DNA of 61,562 nucleotides from an uncultured Anaeromyxobacteraceae bacterium (lineage in GTDB: Bacteria; Myxococcota_A; UBA9042; DTJE01). Each line of letters begins with the position of its first letter. The first letter of the stretch is position 1. The DNA is taken from NCBI GenBank assembly GCA_964522105.1, contig CAZFVA010000014.1, positions 22,677 through 84,238 on the forward strand. Reading direction: 5' to 3'. Under the pieces are notes generated by a model, which was given only the letters and a program-made list of their open reading frames with translations, did no database searches and had not been told where the DNA came from. A program made the translations under genes and the position numbers. Shown piece after piece: positions 38,700 through 48,132 of this stretch.

Positions 38700-39113
38700 T
38701 TGGCCCGCGAAAAGGACTACTATCGAATCCTGCAACTTGACCCGTCTGCCGAACCTGAAGTCATCGAGGCCGCCTATAAGCGGCTTGCTTCCATGTATCA
38801 TCCCGATTTGAATCAGTCGGCTGATGCAGGCGAGCGGATGCGGGATATTAACGAGGCTCATTCTGTTCTGTCCGATGAAGCTCGCAGACGCGACTATGAC
38901 TATCGCACGCGCGGTACGCGATCCCGTTCGGAAGGTTCGTCCGGTGCCAGCCTGCCGGCGACTCCGTTATGGCTTCGACGGTTGTGGTTCATTCTGGGAA
39001 TAGTCGGCTTACTTGCGCTGATTCGGTTGAATTTCAGGGTTGCCATTGTTGTTGCAGCAGGATGGCTGTTGTCGGCAATGTTCAGGAAGTTTTACAGAAA
39101 GCGTAAGCGCTGA
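38700..39113 (+). CDS. Small J-domain protein with C-terminal membrane segments
   Basis: TTG start 4 nt after the hflC stop; KDYYRILQL, YHPDLN, INEAHSVLSD, RRDYD; then hydrophobic LWFILGIVGLLALI and VAIVVAAGWLLSAM. Confidence 0.85.
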   Translation: MAREKDYYRILQLDPSAEPEVIEAAYKRLASMYHPDLNQSADAGERMRDINEAHSVLSDEARRRDYDYRTRGTRSRSEGSSGASLPATPLWLRRLWFILGIVGLLALIRLNFRVAIVVAAGWLLSAMFRKFYRKRKR

Positions 39114-39129
39114 AACCGTTTCACGGCCG

Positions 39130-42100
39130 TCACGGCGCGACGTACCCGTAGTAGCCGTTCGAGACTTCAAGCTGGTACGTCGTGCATCTTGGCGTTACCC
39201 CTGCCTTGCGCCTGACTTTCACAAACACCGTTCGTGTGTTGTCGCTGCTTACGTGAGCACCCGGGGAAGCGTAACCAGGGCATGTGTTGCACTTGTTTAC
39301 CCAGTCAGTTCCGTGAATTCGCTTGCACTCAGCAAGGTCAGGTTTCGGCGCCGAGCAACTCTGAACCGGGCTGCTGTCGCTGGGACATTCACCGAGGGTG
39401 GCACTGTAGAAGTTAGTCGCGAAATCCCATGTCTGCGCATTTCCGCAAAGTAGACTCATGTAGTACCCGGATTCCGTCTCAACTCGTTTGTAAACATCGA
39501 TTTCGTAGTCTGAATTTGGATTGTTCTTCAGGAATATCGTTAAGTTGTATGTGTCACATCCGGTTGGTTCTTCTGTCCATCCAATGTCCGTGCCAGTAAC
39601 GATAAACCAGTCTTCCTGTGTCGGGAACGACAGTTTTCCGTCAAATGTCGCCAGTGTACTGTCATCCGGCAGTGTCCCCAGATTATAGGGCCAATTTTCA
39701 TTTGCGCCCCCTTTCAGTTCAAACTGGTCACCTTGACATTCACAACCATTAGCCAGGTTCGAGTCGAAGTTATACCAGCCAGGCTGCTCGAGCACCGGGT
39801 CTGCAGCTTCACATTCCACAACGCACGTGCCACGGCAGAACATCGTTGCGTGAGCAAGTAAAGCCGGATTATGGGGGCACAGTTGCGCGATCGGTGTGTC
39901 ATCAGCGAATCCGGAGCAGTCATTATCCTTGCCATCGCAGACTTCGACGTTGTCAGGGTTGATGGTATCGTCGAAGTCATTACAGTCGTCGCCGCGTGTC
40001 GCGGTGAACTCCTGAGTCGGACCACAGAGGCACGCACTTATGAGAGTATCACCCCACGTGTCATCGTCCGTGTCGACGTAGTATCTTACGCAGCCCGTAA
40101 GGTCCGGCGGGTCGGCAATCAAGTCGCAGTTATCATCGATGCCGTTGCAAACTTCGGTTTTTCCCGGGTTGCGGTTGACGTTGGCGTCATCGCAGTCGCC
40201 GACACTCAATGTCCGGTACAGACCCTGGGGTGAACACAGGCACCTGCTGCTGGTTTCAACACCATACGCATCGTCATCATTGTCAAGGTAGAACACCTGA
40301 CAACCGAACGTGTTAACCGGGTCAGTCACGCCATCGCAGTCGTTGTCGATGCTGTCACAGGACTCTTCAAAGCCGGGATACATCGACGGATTGCTGTCGT
40401 TACAGTCCCCGGGGATTGGCGTCTTGTAAACAACGTCCGGTTTACACAGGCACTTGAAATCTTCAGTTACGCCGACGCCATCAGAGTCTATATCACGGTA
40501 GTAAACGATGCAGCCGGGTGCCCCGATCGGGTCCAGGATGCCATCACAGTTGTCGTCGATGCCGTTGCAGATTTCAATTGCGCCGGGATTAAGTTCCGTC
40601 CAACCGAATTGATTGGTAGTCGGCACGCAGGCTTCGCACGGAATGCCTGGCTTCGGGTCACCGACGTTGTAACAGACATCGTTGATTATGCATGCGTCAG
40701 GTGAAAGCGGGTTGGTACACCCACCGGCACTGTCGCACTGGTCAAGGGTACAGACGATGTTGTCTTCACACGAGTATTCCAGACCCTGGCACAAACCATC
40801 CAGGCAGATGTCGTTAATTGTGCAGGACTGGAAATCGTTACAGAACATTCCATCGTTAAGCGACCATTCCTCGGTTGAAAGTGTTGGCGTACATTTCTGA
40901 CAGATATTATCGGGGCTCGGGCTGTTGGCCGCGTAGCACTTGTTCATGATTCGGCAGAAACCGGGTTTGAGGGTAAACAGGCAACCACCCTGCCCATCGC
41001 ACTCATCGGTTGTACAGGCCATGCCATCGTCGCATGTATAGGCTCTTCCCACGCATTCGCCCGAGGTGCATACGTCATGTCTGGTGCAGATTTCACCGTC
41101 GTCGCACGGAAGGCTGTCATTGAATGACCAGTCGCTGCGGCTGGATGATGACACGCAGGCCAGACAGTGGTTCGTTGCGTTAAGAGTCTGGTCGCGGAAA
41201 CAAGTTCCATCGATCAGGCACCAGCCACTGGTCGTTACATGACTGCATGTCCCGTCGCCGTTGCAGGAATCGGCAGTGCACGACAGCTCGTCGTCACAAC
41301 TGTAGGACGTTCCTTCACACTGATGGTTCAAGCAGGCATCATTTGATGTGCAATCTAATTCATCATCACAGACGACGCCGTCATTAGCAGACCATTCCGC
41401 AACACTTGCCGCCGGATTGCAGAATTCGCACAGATTGCCGATGTTAGCCTCGCCGCCGTCATAACAGCCACCCAGAATCAGGCATTTTGCTTCTTCGACT
41501 TCGTATCCACATCCGCCAAGTCCATTACATATATCTACTGTACACGGCACACCGTCATTGCAGTCGTAAGCCTGACCAGCGCATTCGCCAGCAAAGCAGA
41601 AGTCCCCGAAACTACAGCTGTTCAGGTCATTGCAAACTATTCCATCGTCATATGACCAGGCGTATGGGTTTGCTGCCGGATCGCACATCAGGCAGACGTT
41701 GGTCGCGTGTTTGACTCCACCCAGAACGCACTGGTTGTCAATGACGCACCATCCGGTCAGGGGCACCGTGCCGCACAGGCTGAATTGACAGAAGTCGGTT
41801 GTGCAGGCCAGGTGGTCATCACAGATGATCGGGTTGCCCTGGCAGCTATTGCCGATGCAGATATCTCCGATTGTGCATGTATCCTGGTCGTCGCACTCCC
41901 CACCGTCTGTAATGGTCCATGCTGTGTTTGAAGTTGGCGGGACGCACCTTTCGCACTGGTTCTGGCCCTTTTGCTGCCCGAATTCGTAACAAAGCCCATC
42001 AATTGAGCAGGCGTTCACTTCTACAGTATTTGTACACTGTCCCAGAGCGTCGCATGTGTCAATTGTGCAGGCAATTGCGTCATCGCACTTTGCCAGACCT

Positions 42101-44748
42101 ATGCAGTCCCCGGACGCGCACTTGTCGCCTACGGTGCATAGAGAACCGTCATCGCAGGACAGGCCTTCCCTCCAGGCAGACCAGAACTGGTTGCTGGTTG
42201 ATGGCAGGCACGCCCCGCATGCGTTGTCGGGCTGCGGTGTATTTGCGGCAACGCAGATATCGTCAATAAGGCAGAAATCTGGCTGAATATCGAATCGGCA
42301 GGTGCCATCCCCTACGCAGACATCGTTGGTACAGGCAAGGGTATCGGAGCATGAGTAATCAATACCGGAACAGACGCCGGCCACGCATTTGTCTTCTTTC
42401 GTGCATGGAATGCCGTCCTGGCAGTTTTCGCCTTCTGCGCGCGGGGTGAACTGGGTTTGAGAGTACTGAGTGTTGCATGTTCTGCACGCGTAACCGGGGT
42501 CCTGCTGGTTGTTCACGAAGCAGACGCCGCTGATAAGACAGGCACCGGGAGAGATTGGATTGAAGCAGTTGCCCAGACCGTCGCAGGCATCGTCTGTACA
42601 GGCGATATTGTCGTCGCACGAGTAAACCTCGCCGATACATTCGCCATCGACACACGTGTCATTGAGTGAACACTGATCAAGATCATCGCAGAAGCCGCCG
42701 TTGACGGGGCTCCATCCTTCCCTGTCCAGCAGGGGGTCACAGTACTGGCAGCCGCTGGTCGGGTTGTACGAGCCCGGCATTACGCACTCGTTGTTGATGC
42801 GGCACCAGCCTTCCTGAACAGCATTGATGCAGCCGCCAAGTCCGTCGCACGAATCGTCGGTACATGACAGATTGTCGTTACAACTGTAAGCGATACCGCT
42901 GCATGAACCGTTTGTGCATTTGTCGGTCTTTGTACAAAGATTTAAGTCGCTGCAGGCTGTGTCATTCGGGGCAATCGGATTTGAACACTGGCCATTTGCC
43001 AGGTTGCATGATCCGGCGATATGGCATCCGTCAAGTGGTTGACAGATTACGGGGTTGGCGCCAACACACGAGCCGTCCTGGCAAGTGTCTGTCTGCGTAC
43101 ACGGGTTGCTGTCGTTGCAGGTGGAGTTGTTCGGCTTGAAAACTTCGCTGCATGTCCCGTCAGCAGTATTACACGTTCCTGCCAGATGGCAGTTTGAGAT
43201 TGGCGGACAGACAGTTGCCGTGCCAACACATTCCTGCGCAACGCACTTGTCAAATCGGGTACACAGGTTGCCGTCATTGCAGTTTGATCCTTCCGGAAGG
43301 ACTCCAAGAGTGCATGTGCCGGTTGACGGGTCGCACGTTCCCGGGTCCTTGCACGGGTCAACTATGCTGCAGGCGACTGGATTGTGGCCGACGCAGGCAC
43401 CGTTGCTGCATTCGTCAGTTCTTGTGCAGAGGTTGTTGTCATTACAGGGCGTTCCAGTTTCGGATTTTGGGTGAGTACATGCACCTGCCGAGCAGATGTC
43501 ATCAGTACACTGGTTGGTGTCGGCCGGGCATGGCGTGCCAAAATCAGCATTGACGGGAACGCATCCGCCGCTGCCGTCACAGTTGTTTGCTGCCATACAT
43601 GTAAGGACCGGACAGGAGTATGTTGTGCCACCGCATACACCATACTGGCAGCGGTCGTTTCTTGTACAAGGTTTGCCGTCGTTGCATCCTGCTGAATTGA
43701 ACCTGGTCTTACAGCCGACGCCTTCCTGACAGTAGTCATCCGTGCAGACGTTCGTGTCATCACAGACCACTGTGTCGCCGGTGCATGTTCCGCTTCTGCA
43801 GGAATCGTTTTCAGTGCAGAGCAGATTGTCGTTGCATTCCTGACCGGTCAACGGGTCATGGGTACATCCCAGTTCGTTGCAACCGTCGGTGGTGCATGGG
43901 TTGTCGTCATCGCAGGAGTTGGTACCGATGCAGACACCGTTTGTACACGTGTCTGTTATCGTGCATGGATTATCGTCATCGCATTTCATGCCCGAACGCT
44001 TGTCATGAACGCAACCGGAGGCTGTGTCGCATCTGTCGTCAGTACAGTCGTTCGTGTCGTTGCAGTCAAGGGTGGTGCCGATGCATGAACCACTGCTGCA
44101 ACTGTCATCGCCGGTGCATGCGTTGCCGTCGTTGCAGGGGCCGTAATATGGTCTGTGGTAACAGGAGTTGGCTTCATCGCACAGATCCTGGGTACATTCC
44201 AGATCGTCGTCGCAGTCTTTGGGCGCACCGATACATTCGCCGTCCAGACACTTGTCTTCTATTGTGCAGAATAAGTTATCACTGCAGGACGAGTCGTTTT
44301 CGGCAAATACCGCGACGCACAGATTGTCGTCATTGCATGCGGCCACGTGGCAGACTTCAAGAGTCAGTTTGCCGGCACAGTCTTCAACATTGATGCACTC
44401 AATTACCTGGATGTCAGGGTTGTCGCCGACGTCGCCGATGTCGCTGGCGTCTTTAATATCGTGTGTAATATCATAAACTTCTACGGTAGTCTGGTCGTCC
44501 GGGATGTCGCGCACCGAATCATCCGCCGCCACGTCGGTGTCGACCGGAATCAGGGTGTCAAGATCTTCAACGTCGCGAGTGTCGGTCGTAATAACTTCGG
44601 CGGTGCCGTCCGGCACAATGATGTCCCCGGAAATATCCGGGCCGCCATCGTTGCTGGTATCTTCGGGGGCAGGGCTATTTCCGCAACCCGCAATTGCCAG
44701 GACCAGAACAGCCGACAGGAGTGTCGATCTCATAACAACCCGCTTCAT
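39130..44748 (-). CDS. Giant (about 1,870 aa) Cys-rich repeat lipoprotein
   Basis: LAIAGC lipobox, Asp-rich tether, many C[DN]DxxxCTxxDxC units, CxIxxxC and CxxCxP units, four E-x-C-[DN]-x-x-D-[DN]-[DN]-C MopE-like motifs. Confidence 0.85.
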   Translation of the reverse strand: MKRVVMRSTLLSAVLVLAIAGCGNSPAPEDTSNDGGPDISGDIIVPDGTAEVITTDTRDVEDLDTLIPVDTDVAADDSVRDIPDDQTTVEVYDITHDIKDASDIGDVGDNPDIQVIECINVEDCAGKLTLEVCHVAACNDDNLCVAVFAENDSSCSDNLFCTIEDKCLDGECIGAPKDCDDDLECTQDLCDEANSCYHRPYYGPCNDGNACTGDDSCSSGSCIGTTLDCNDTNDCTDDRCDTASGCVHDKRSGMKCDDDNPCTITDTCTNGVCIGTNSCDDDNPCTTDGCNELGCTHDPLTGQECNDNLLCTENDSCRSGTCTGDTVVCDDTNVCTDDYCQEGVGCKTRFNSAGCNDGKPCTRNDRCQYGVCGGTTYSCPVLTCMAANNCDGSGGCVPVNADFGTPCPADTNQCTDDICSAGACTHPKSETGTPCNDNNLCTRTDECSNGACVGHNPVACSIVDPCKDPGTCDPSTGTCTLGVLPEGSNCNDGNLCTRFDKCVAQECVGTATVCPPISNCHLAGTCNTADGTCSEVFKPNNSTCNDSNPCTQTDTCQDGSCVGANPVICQPLDGCHIAGSCNLANGQCSNPIAPNDTACSDLNLCTKTDKCTNGSCSGIAYSCNDNLSCTDDSCDGLGGCINAVQEGWCRINNECVMPGSYNPTSGCQYCDPLLDREGWSPVNGGFCDDLDQCSLNDTCVDGECIGEVYSCDDNIACTDDACDGLGNCFNPISPGACLISGVCFVNNQQDPGYACRTCNTQYSQTQFTPRAEGENCQDGIPCTKEDKCVAGVCSGIDYSCSDTLACTNDVCVGDGTCRFDIQPDFCLIDDICVAANTPQPDNACGACLPSTSNQFWSAWREGLSCDDGSLCTVGDKCASGDCIGLAKCDDAIACTIDTCDALGQCTNTVEVNACSIDGLCYEFGQQKGQNQCERCVPPTSNTAWTITDGGECDDQDTCTIGDICIGNSCQGNPIICDDHLACTTDFCQFSLCGTVPLTGWCVIDNQCVLGGVKHATNVCLMCDPAANPYAWSYDDGIVCNDLNSCSFGDFCFAGECAGQAYDCNDGVPCTVDICNGLGGCGYEVEEAKCLILGGCYDGGEANIGNLCEFCNPAASVAEWSANDGVVCDDELDCTSNDACLNHQCEGTSYSCDDELSCTADSCNGDGTCSHVTTSGWCLIDGTCFRDQTLNATNHCLACVSSSSRSDWSFNDSLPCDDGEICTRHDVCTSGECVGRAYTCDDGMACTTDECDGQGGCLFTLKPGFCRIMNKCYAANSPSPDNICQKCTPTLSTEEWSLNDGMFCNDFQSCTINDICLDGLCQGLEYSCEDNIVCTLDQCDSAGGCTNPLSPDACIINDVCYNVGDPKPGIPCEACVPTTNQFGWTELNPGAIEICNGIDDNCDGILDPIGAPGCIVYYRDIDSDGVGVTEDFKCLCKPDVVYKTPIPGDCNDSNPSMYPGFEESCDSIDNDCDGVTDPVNTFGCQVFYLDNDDDAYGVETSSRCLCSPQGLYRTLSVGDCDDANVNRNPGKTEVCNGIDDNCDLIADPPDLTGCVRYYVDTDDDTWGDTLISACLCGPTQEFTATRGDDCNDFDDTINPDNVEVCDGKDNDCSGFADDTPIAQLCPHNPALLAHATMFCRGTCVVECEAADPVLEQPGWYNFDSNLANGCECQGDQFELKGGANENWPYNLGTLPDDSTLATFDGKLSFPTQEDWFIVTGTDIGWTEEPTGCDTYNLTIFLKNNPNSDYEIDVYKRVETESGYYMSLLCGNAQTWDFATNFYSATLGECPSDSSPVQSCSAPKPDLAECKRIHGTDWVNKCNTCPGYASPGAHVSSDNTRTVFVKVRRKAGVTPRCTTYQLEVSNGYYGYVAP

Positions 44749-44957
44749 CACTCACCTCTGAACAGGGATTACGGTCCCTGATTACCAAACATTCGCCGGT
44801 CCAATCTCGTATTGGAAAAGAAACAGCACGCTGTATATTACATTATTAACGCCCGCACGCGCCACAATAAGCGTGTGTTCTGGAAATCCTGTCAAGGATA
44901 GTTCAAACTGTTCAGCACTTTGCCGGTCTTTCTTTGCGCGTGGTTTATGGAGGAACA

Positions 44958-46181
44958 ATGGAAACTTCGGAAGTCAGTTTGATTGATAAATACTCAGCCG
45001 CTCTGGTTGAATCGATGCAGGATCACAGGGTGTCCGCAGTACTGTCGGGTGCCTTGATAGATCGGCTTGACAGCCATATTCGGAAGAATTTTATTGAATG
45101 GTTTCAAAAGGTTCTGGACTCAGGCGAGTTTGATTTCAGCGGCTTCCCGGACGATATCAAGGCAGACCCGGATGTCGCCGAAAAAGCGGCCAGATTTGTC
45201 GAGATGGAGGCTGGCGAACTGCAGCAGGTGTCTGTTTCGGCAGTTGCCGGTCTTATAGGGGACTTTGTTCTTCAGAATCGGGCGGAAGTTATTGCCGCGA
45301 TGAATGCTGCCGGCGAAGGGCCGGGTGGCGACAGGGCCGGGCACGTCTGGAAGGCTTCGGCACTGGTGCGCGAATCCAGGCAGAAGGTTGACGCGCTTGG
45401 TGCGGTCGAAAGCCTGGAAGATGCGGAACAGCAGTTCGAAGAAATTCGCGATGCGCTTGAAGAGGCCCGCGAAATACTCGGGATGCTTATTCTTGACGAT
45501 GCAATTCTTTACAGCGCCACGCCTGGTGCGGATGAAACTGTCGCCGGGGGATTGCCTGCAGTTACGCCTTACGGTCGCAGAATCGACGTCGAGGACTTGT
45601 TGCTGGAATCATGGATTGTCGAGGTTGATGCCCACATGATGCTTGCTGACAAGGCGGGCGAGCCACTCGGTTGTTGTAAAATTGCGCCGGAAGAACAGCG
45701 GCAGTTCATCCTGGATGCCGTCGTGGCGATTCAAGAGGCAATCACAATCCGCCCCGAGCCTGCCCTTATCCTTCGTTTCGGTGAACTTCGACTTGCCAAG
45801 GGTGATGTCGGTGAAGCCCGCGCTGCCGCCGGCAAGTTGATGGAGGTCATCGAGGATGAAGAGGACGAACTGTACGTACGGGCTTCCAGACTGCTTGCCG
45901 CGGTCGAGGAGGCTTCGCCCCTTGGAAAACACGACAAAAGGTGTTTCATTGCGACCGCTGCGATGGGCGATGTGGATGCTCCGCAGGTTCAAACTTTGCG
46001 GTGTTTCCGTGATGAAGTACTGATGGAATCCGGTCCCGGCCGGGCATTTGTACAGATTTACTACCGGCTTTCGCCCCCGGCGGCCAGATTTATTGCCGGC
46101 AGGCCACGGCTTCGGGCGGCCGTTCGCAGTTGCCTGATTGTTCCTGCTGCGCGGGCAGTCCGTCGTACCGGAATCCGGTAA
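44958..46181 (+). CDS. Cytoplasmic helical/TPR-like protein with C-terminal CFI-box-CTERM domain
   Basis: CFIATAAMG...V..LR.FRD..L....GRAFV..YYRLSPP.A..I; ATG at 44958 after GGAGG; no signal peptide visible. Confidence 0.75.
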   Translation: METSEVSLIDKYSAALVESMQDHRVSAVLSGALIDRLDSHIRKNFIEWFQKVLDSGEFDFSGFPDDIKADPDVAEKAARFVEMEAGELQQVSVSAVAGLIGDFVLQNRAEVIAAMNAAGEGPGGDRAGHVWKASALVRESRQKVDALGAVESLEDAEQQFEEIRDALEEAREILGMLILDDAILYSATPGADETVAGGLPAVTPYGRRIDVEDLLLESWIVEVDAHMMLADKAGEPLGCCKIAPEEQRQFILDAVVAIQEAITIRPEPALILRFGELRLAKGDVGEARAAAGKLMEVIEDEEDELYVRASRLLAAVEEASPLGKHDKRCFIATAAMGDVDAPQVQTLRCFRDEVLMESGPGRAFVQIYYRLSPPAARFIAGRPRLRAAVRSCLIVPAARAVRRTGIR

Positions 46182-46218
46182 CGCTGATGCCGTCGGCTGA
46201 TTTGAATGGAGTCAGACT

Positions 46219-47097
46219 ATGTCCCTGACAGAACAACTGAAAAAGATCATAGGGATGGAAGACGAATCTGGCACGGCCCCGGCGAAGGCCCGGATTATTG
46301 CTGTTGCAGCCAGAAAGGGCGGTGTCGGAAAGACTACGACCACTGTCAATCTTGCCGTGGCGATGTCACGGTTTTTCGGCCTTGATGTCCTTGTCATGGA
46401 CCTTGACGGGCAGGGGCATGTTTTTGAGTCGCTGTCGAAGGTTATCCCGGATACGACCGGCGCTTCACTGTCAGATATTCTTCTGTCAAACGGGCGGGAT
46501 TCCCGCGATTTGATGGATATTGTCGTGCCTACCGGCCTGGATCGTCTGTGGGTGACGCCTTCTGACAAGGGTCTTGCCGCGACAGAAGGTATTCTTGCGG
46601 GCCGCATCGGCCGCGAGTTTCTGCTGCGAAATGTAATCAGGAAGGCGGCCGCAAGGTTTGACGTGATACTTTTTGACTGTCCCCCGAATGTCGGAAACCT
46701 GACGTTGAATGCACTTACTGCCGCGACCCACGTGCTGATTCCATGTGATATGAGCGTCCTTTCACTGGCCGCAGTCAGCGACATCATCGGAGTTGTGGAT
46801 ACTGTAAACGAACAACTTGGTCATAACCTTGAGGTCCTTGGAATTCTTCCGACCCGTGTGGACAAAAGAAACGGAAGACTTACCGAAGAAGTTATGAAAA
46901 AGCTTGAACATTCATGGGGTTCACGTGTTTGTCGTACACGGATTCCTTCTAACAGCGCGCTTGCAAGGGCTCAGATGGCCGGTAAGTCGATTTTTGATTT
47001 TGAGCCGAGGGCGGCCGGTGCCACAGCCTACAAGAATCTGGCGACCGAGACGTTGAACAGAATGGGGTTTCAGATTACCAGCCGGAAACAAGACTGA
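46219..47097 (+). CDS. ParA/Soj-family ATPase with no adjacent ParB
   Basis: RKGGVGKTTT deviant Walker A, DLDGQG, FDCPP, ALTAATHVLIP, TRVDKR. Confidence 0.92.
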   Translation: MSLTEQLKKIIGMEDESGTAPAKARIIAVAARKGGVGKTTTTVNLAVAMSRFFGLDVLVMDLDGQGHVFESLSKVIPDTTGASLSDILLSNGRDSRDLMDIVVPTGLDRLWVTPSDKGLAATEGILAGRIGREFLLRNVIRKAAARFDVILFDCPPNVGNLTLNALTAATHVLIPCDMSVLSLAAVSDIIGVVDTVNEQLGHNLEVLGILPTRVDKRNGRLTEEVMKKLEHSWGSRVCRTRIPSNSALARAQMAGKSIFDFEPRAAGATAYKNLATETLNRMGFQITSRKQD

Positions 47098-48076
47098 TTC
47101 TGGAGTGGTCGGCCCACGGTAATGACGCAAGCAGCCTTGTCGCGGTCGTCGGCCGAAGGTCCGGGTTCTTTTCCATCAGATGGGCAAAGACCTCAAGAAT
47201 GACTTTCCCTGTCTCGGTGCACGCGATCGATTCGGGCATACGCGGTGCCGGGGCCTGAAGATGGGCCAGCATAAGGTCCTGCTGGTCTTCTGCATCAAAA
47301 CACGGTTTTCCCGTGATCATTTCAAACAGTACAACCCCCAGGGAATACAGGTCGCTGCGCTCGTCAAGTTGACCGCCAGACACCTGTTCAGGACTCATGT
47401 AGGCAGGTGTCCCGTCGACGGTCAGTCCATTTGGTGAAGCATTCAGGGGTGTTGCGACGCCAAGATCCATAAGGCGGACGTGTCCGGCCTGAATTTTGCG
47501 CGCATATCTTTTTCCGGTCAGGAAGATGTTTTCAGGTTTAATGTCGCGATGCACGTATCCGCAGTTGTGAACAGCCGTCAGCGCCTTTGCAACGCCTGCA
47601 AGAACTTCCCCGGCGTCGTCAGGAGACAGTCTGCCGCGCGTTGCCAGTCTGTCAGCCAGAGTCTGGCCTTCAAGCAGCTCCATCGACATGAAACAGTGTC
47701 CATCACGTGATATGCCGCCTTCATGGACGCGCACGACGTTGTCGTTTCTGATTTTTCGCATGACGGCGACTTCGGTAAGGAATAATTCACGCCAGCGACA
47801 GTCGGTGGCCATTTCTGGTGCCAGAAGTTTAATGGCGACGGCCCGCGCGGTCAGGGCATCCCAGGCGCTGAATATCCGGCACATTCCGCCATCGCCGACT
47901 TTGGTGGCTATGCGGTAGCGGAACCCGACAGACTCGCCCGGTCGCGGCAATCTTTCTGCAAGGACATGAAGGTCACCACCGTCATGCGGGCAGACGGGCG
48001 GGTCTGCTGACATGAAGACACGTCCGCATTTTTCGCAGAATGCGCTGATGGTCTGACCCCTTTTAAGACAAAACAC
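47075..48076 (-). CDS. Hanks-type Ser/Thr protein kinase with N-terminal Cys/Zn-ribbon motif (start uncertain)
   Basis: CEKC...CPHDG; VGDGG, VAIKLL, HRDIKPEN, DLG, GTPAYMSPEQ, SDLYSLG. Start set at GTG 48076 to avoid overlap with the HEPN gene. Confidence 0.85.
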   Translation of the reverse strand: MFCLKRGQTISAFCEKCGRVFMSADPPVCPHDGGDLHVLAERLPRPGESVGFRYRIATKVGDGGMCRIFSAWDALTARAVAIKLLAPEMATDCRWRELFLTEVAVMRKIRNDNVVRVHEGGISRDGHCFMSMELLEGQTLADRLATRGRLSPDDAGEVLAGVAKALTAVHNCGYVHRDIKPENIFLTGKRYARKIQAGHVRLMDLGVATPLNASPNGLTVDGTPAYMSPEQVSGGQLDERSDLYSLGVVLFEMITGKPCFDAEDQQDLMLAHLQAPAPRMPESIACTETGKVILEVFAHLMEKNPDLRPTTATRLLASLPWADHSRISLVSGW

Positions 48077-48132
48077 GCCGTACCGGTTGATTCTATTTGA
48101 TATTTTCGGGGTGGGCCAAGAAGACGACAGGC

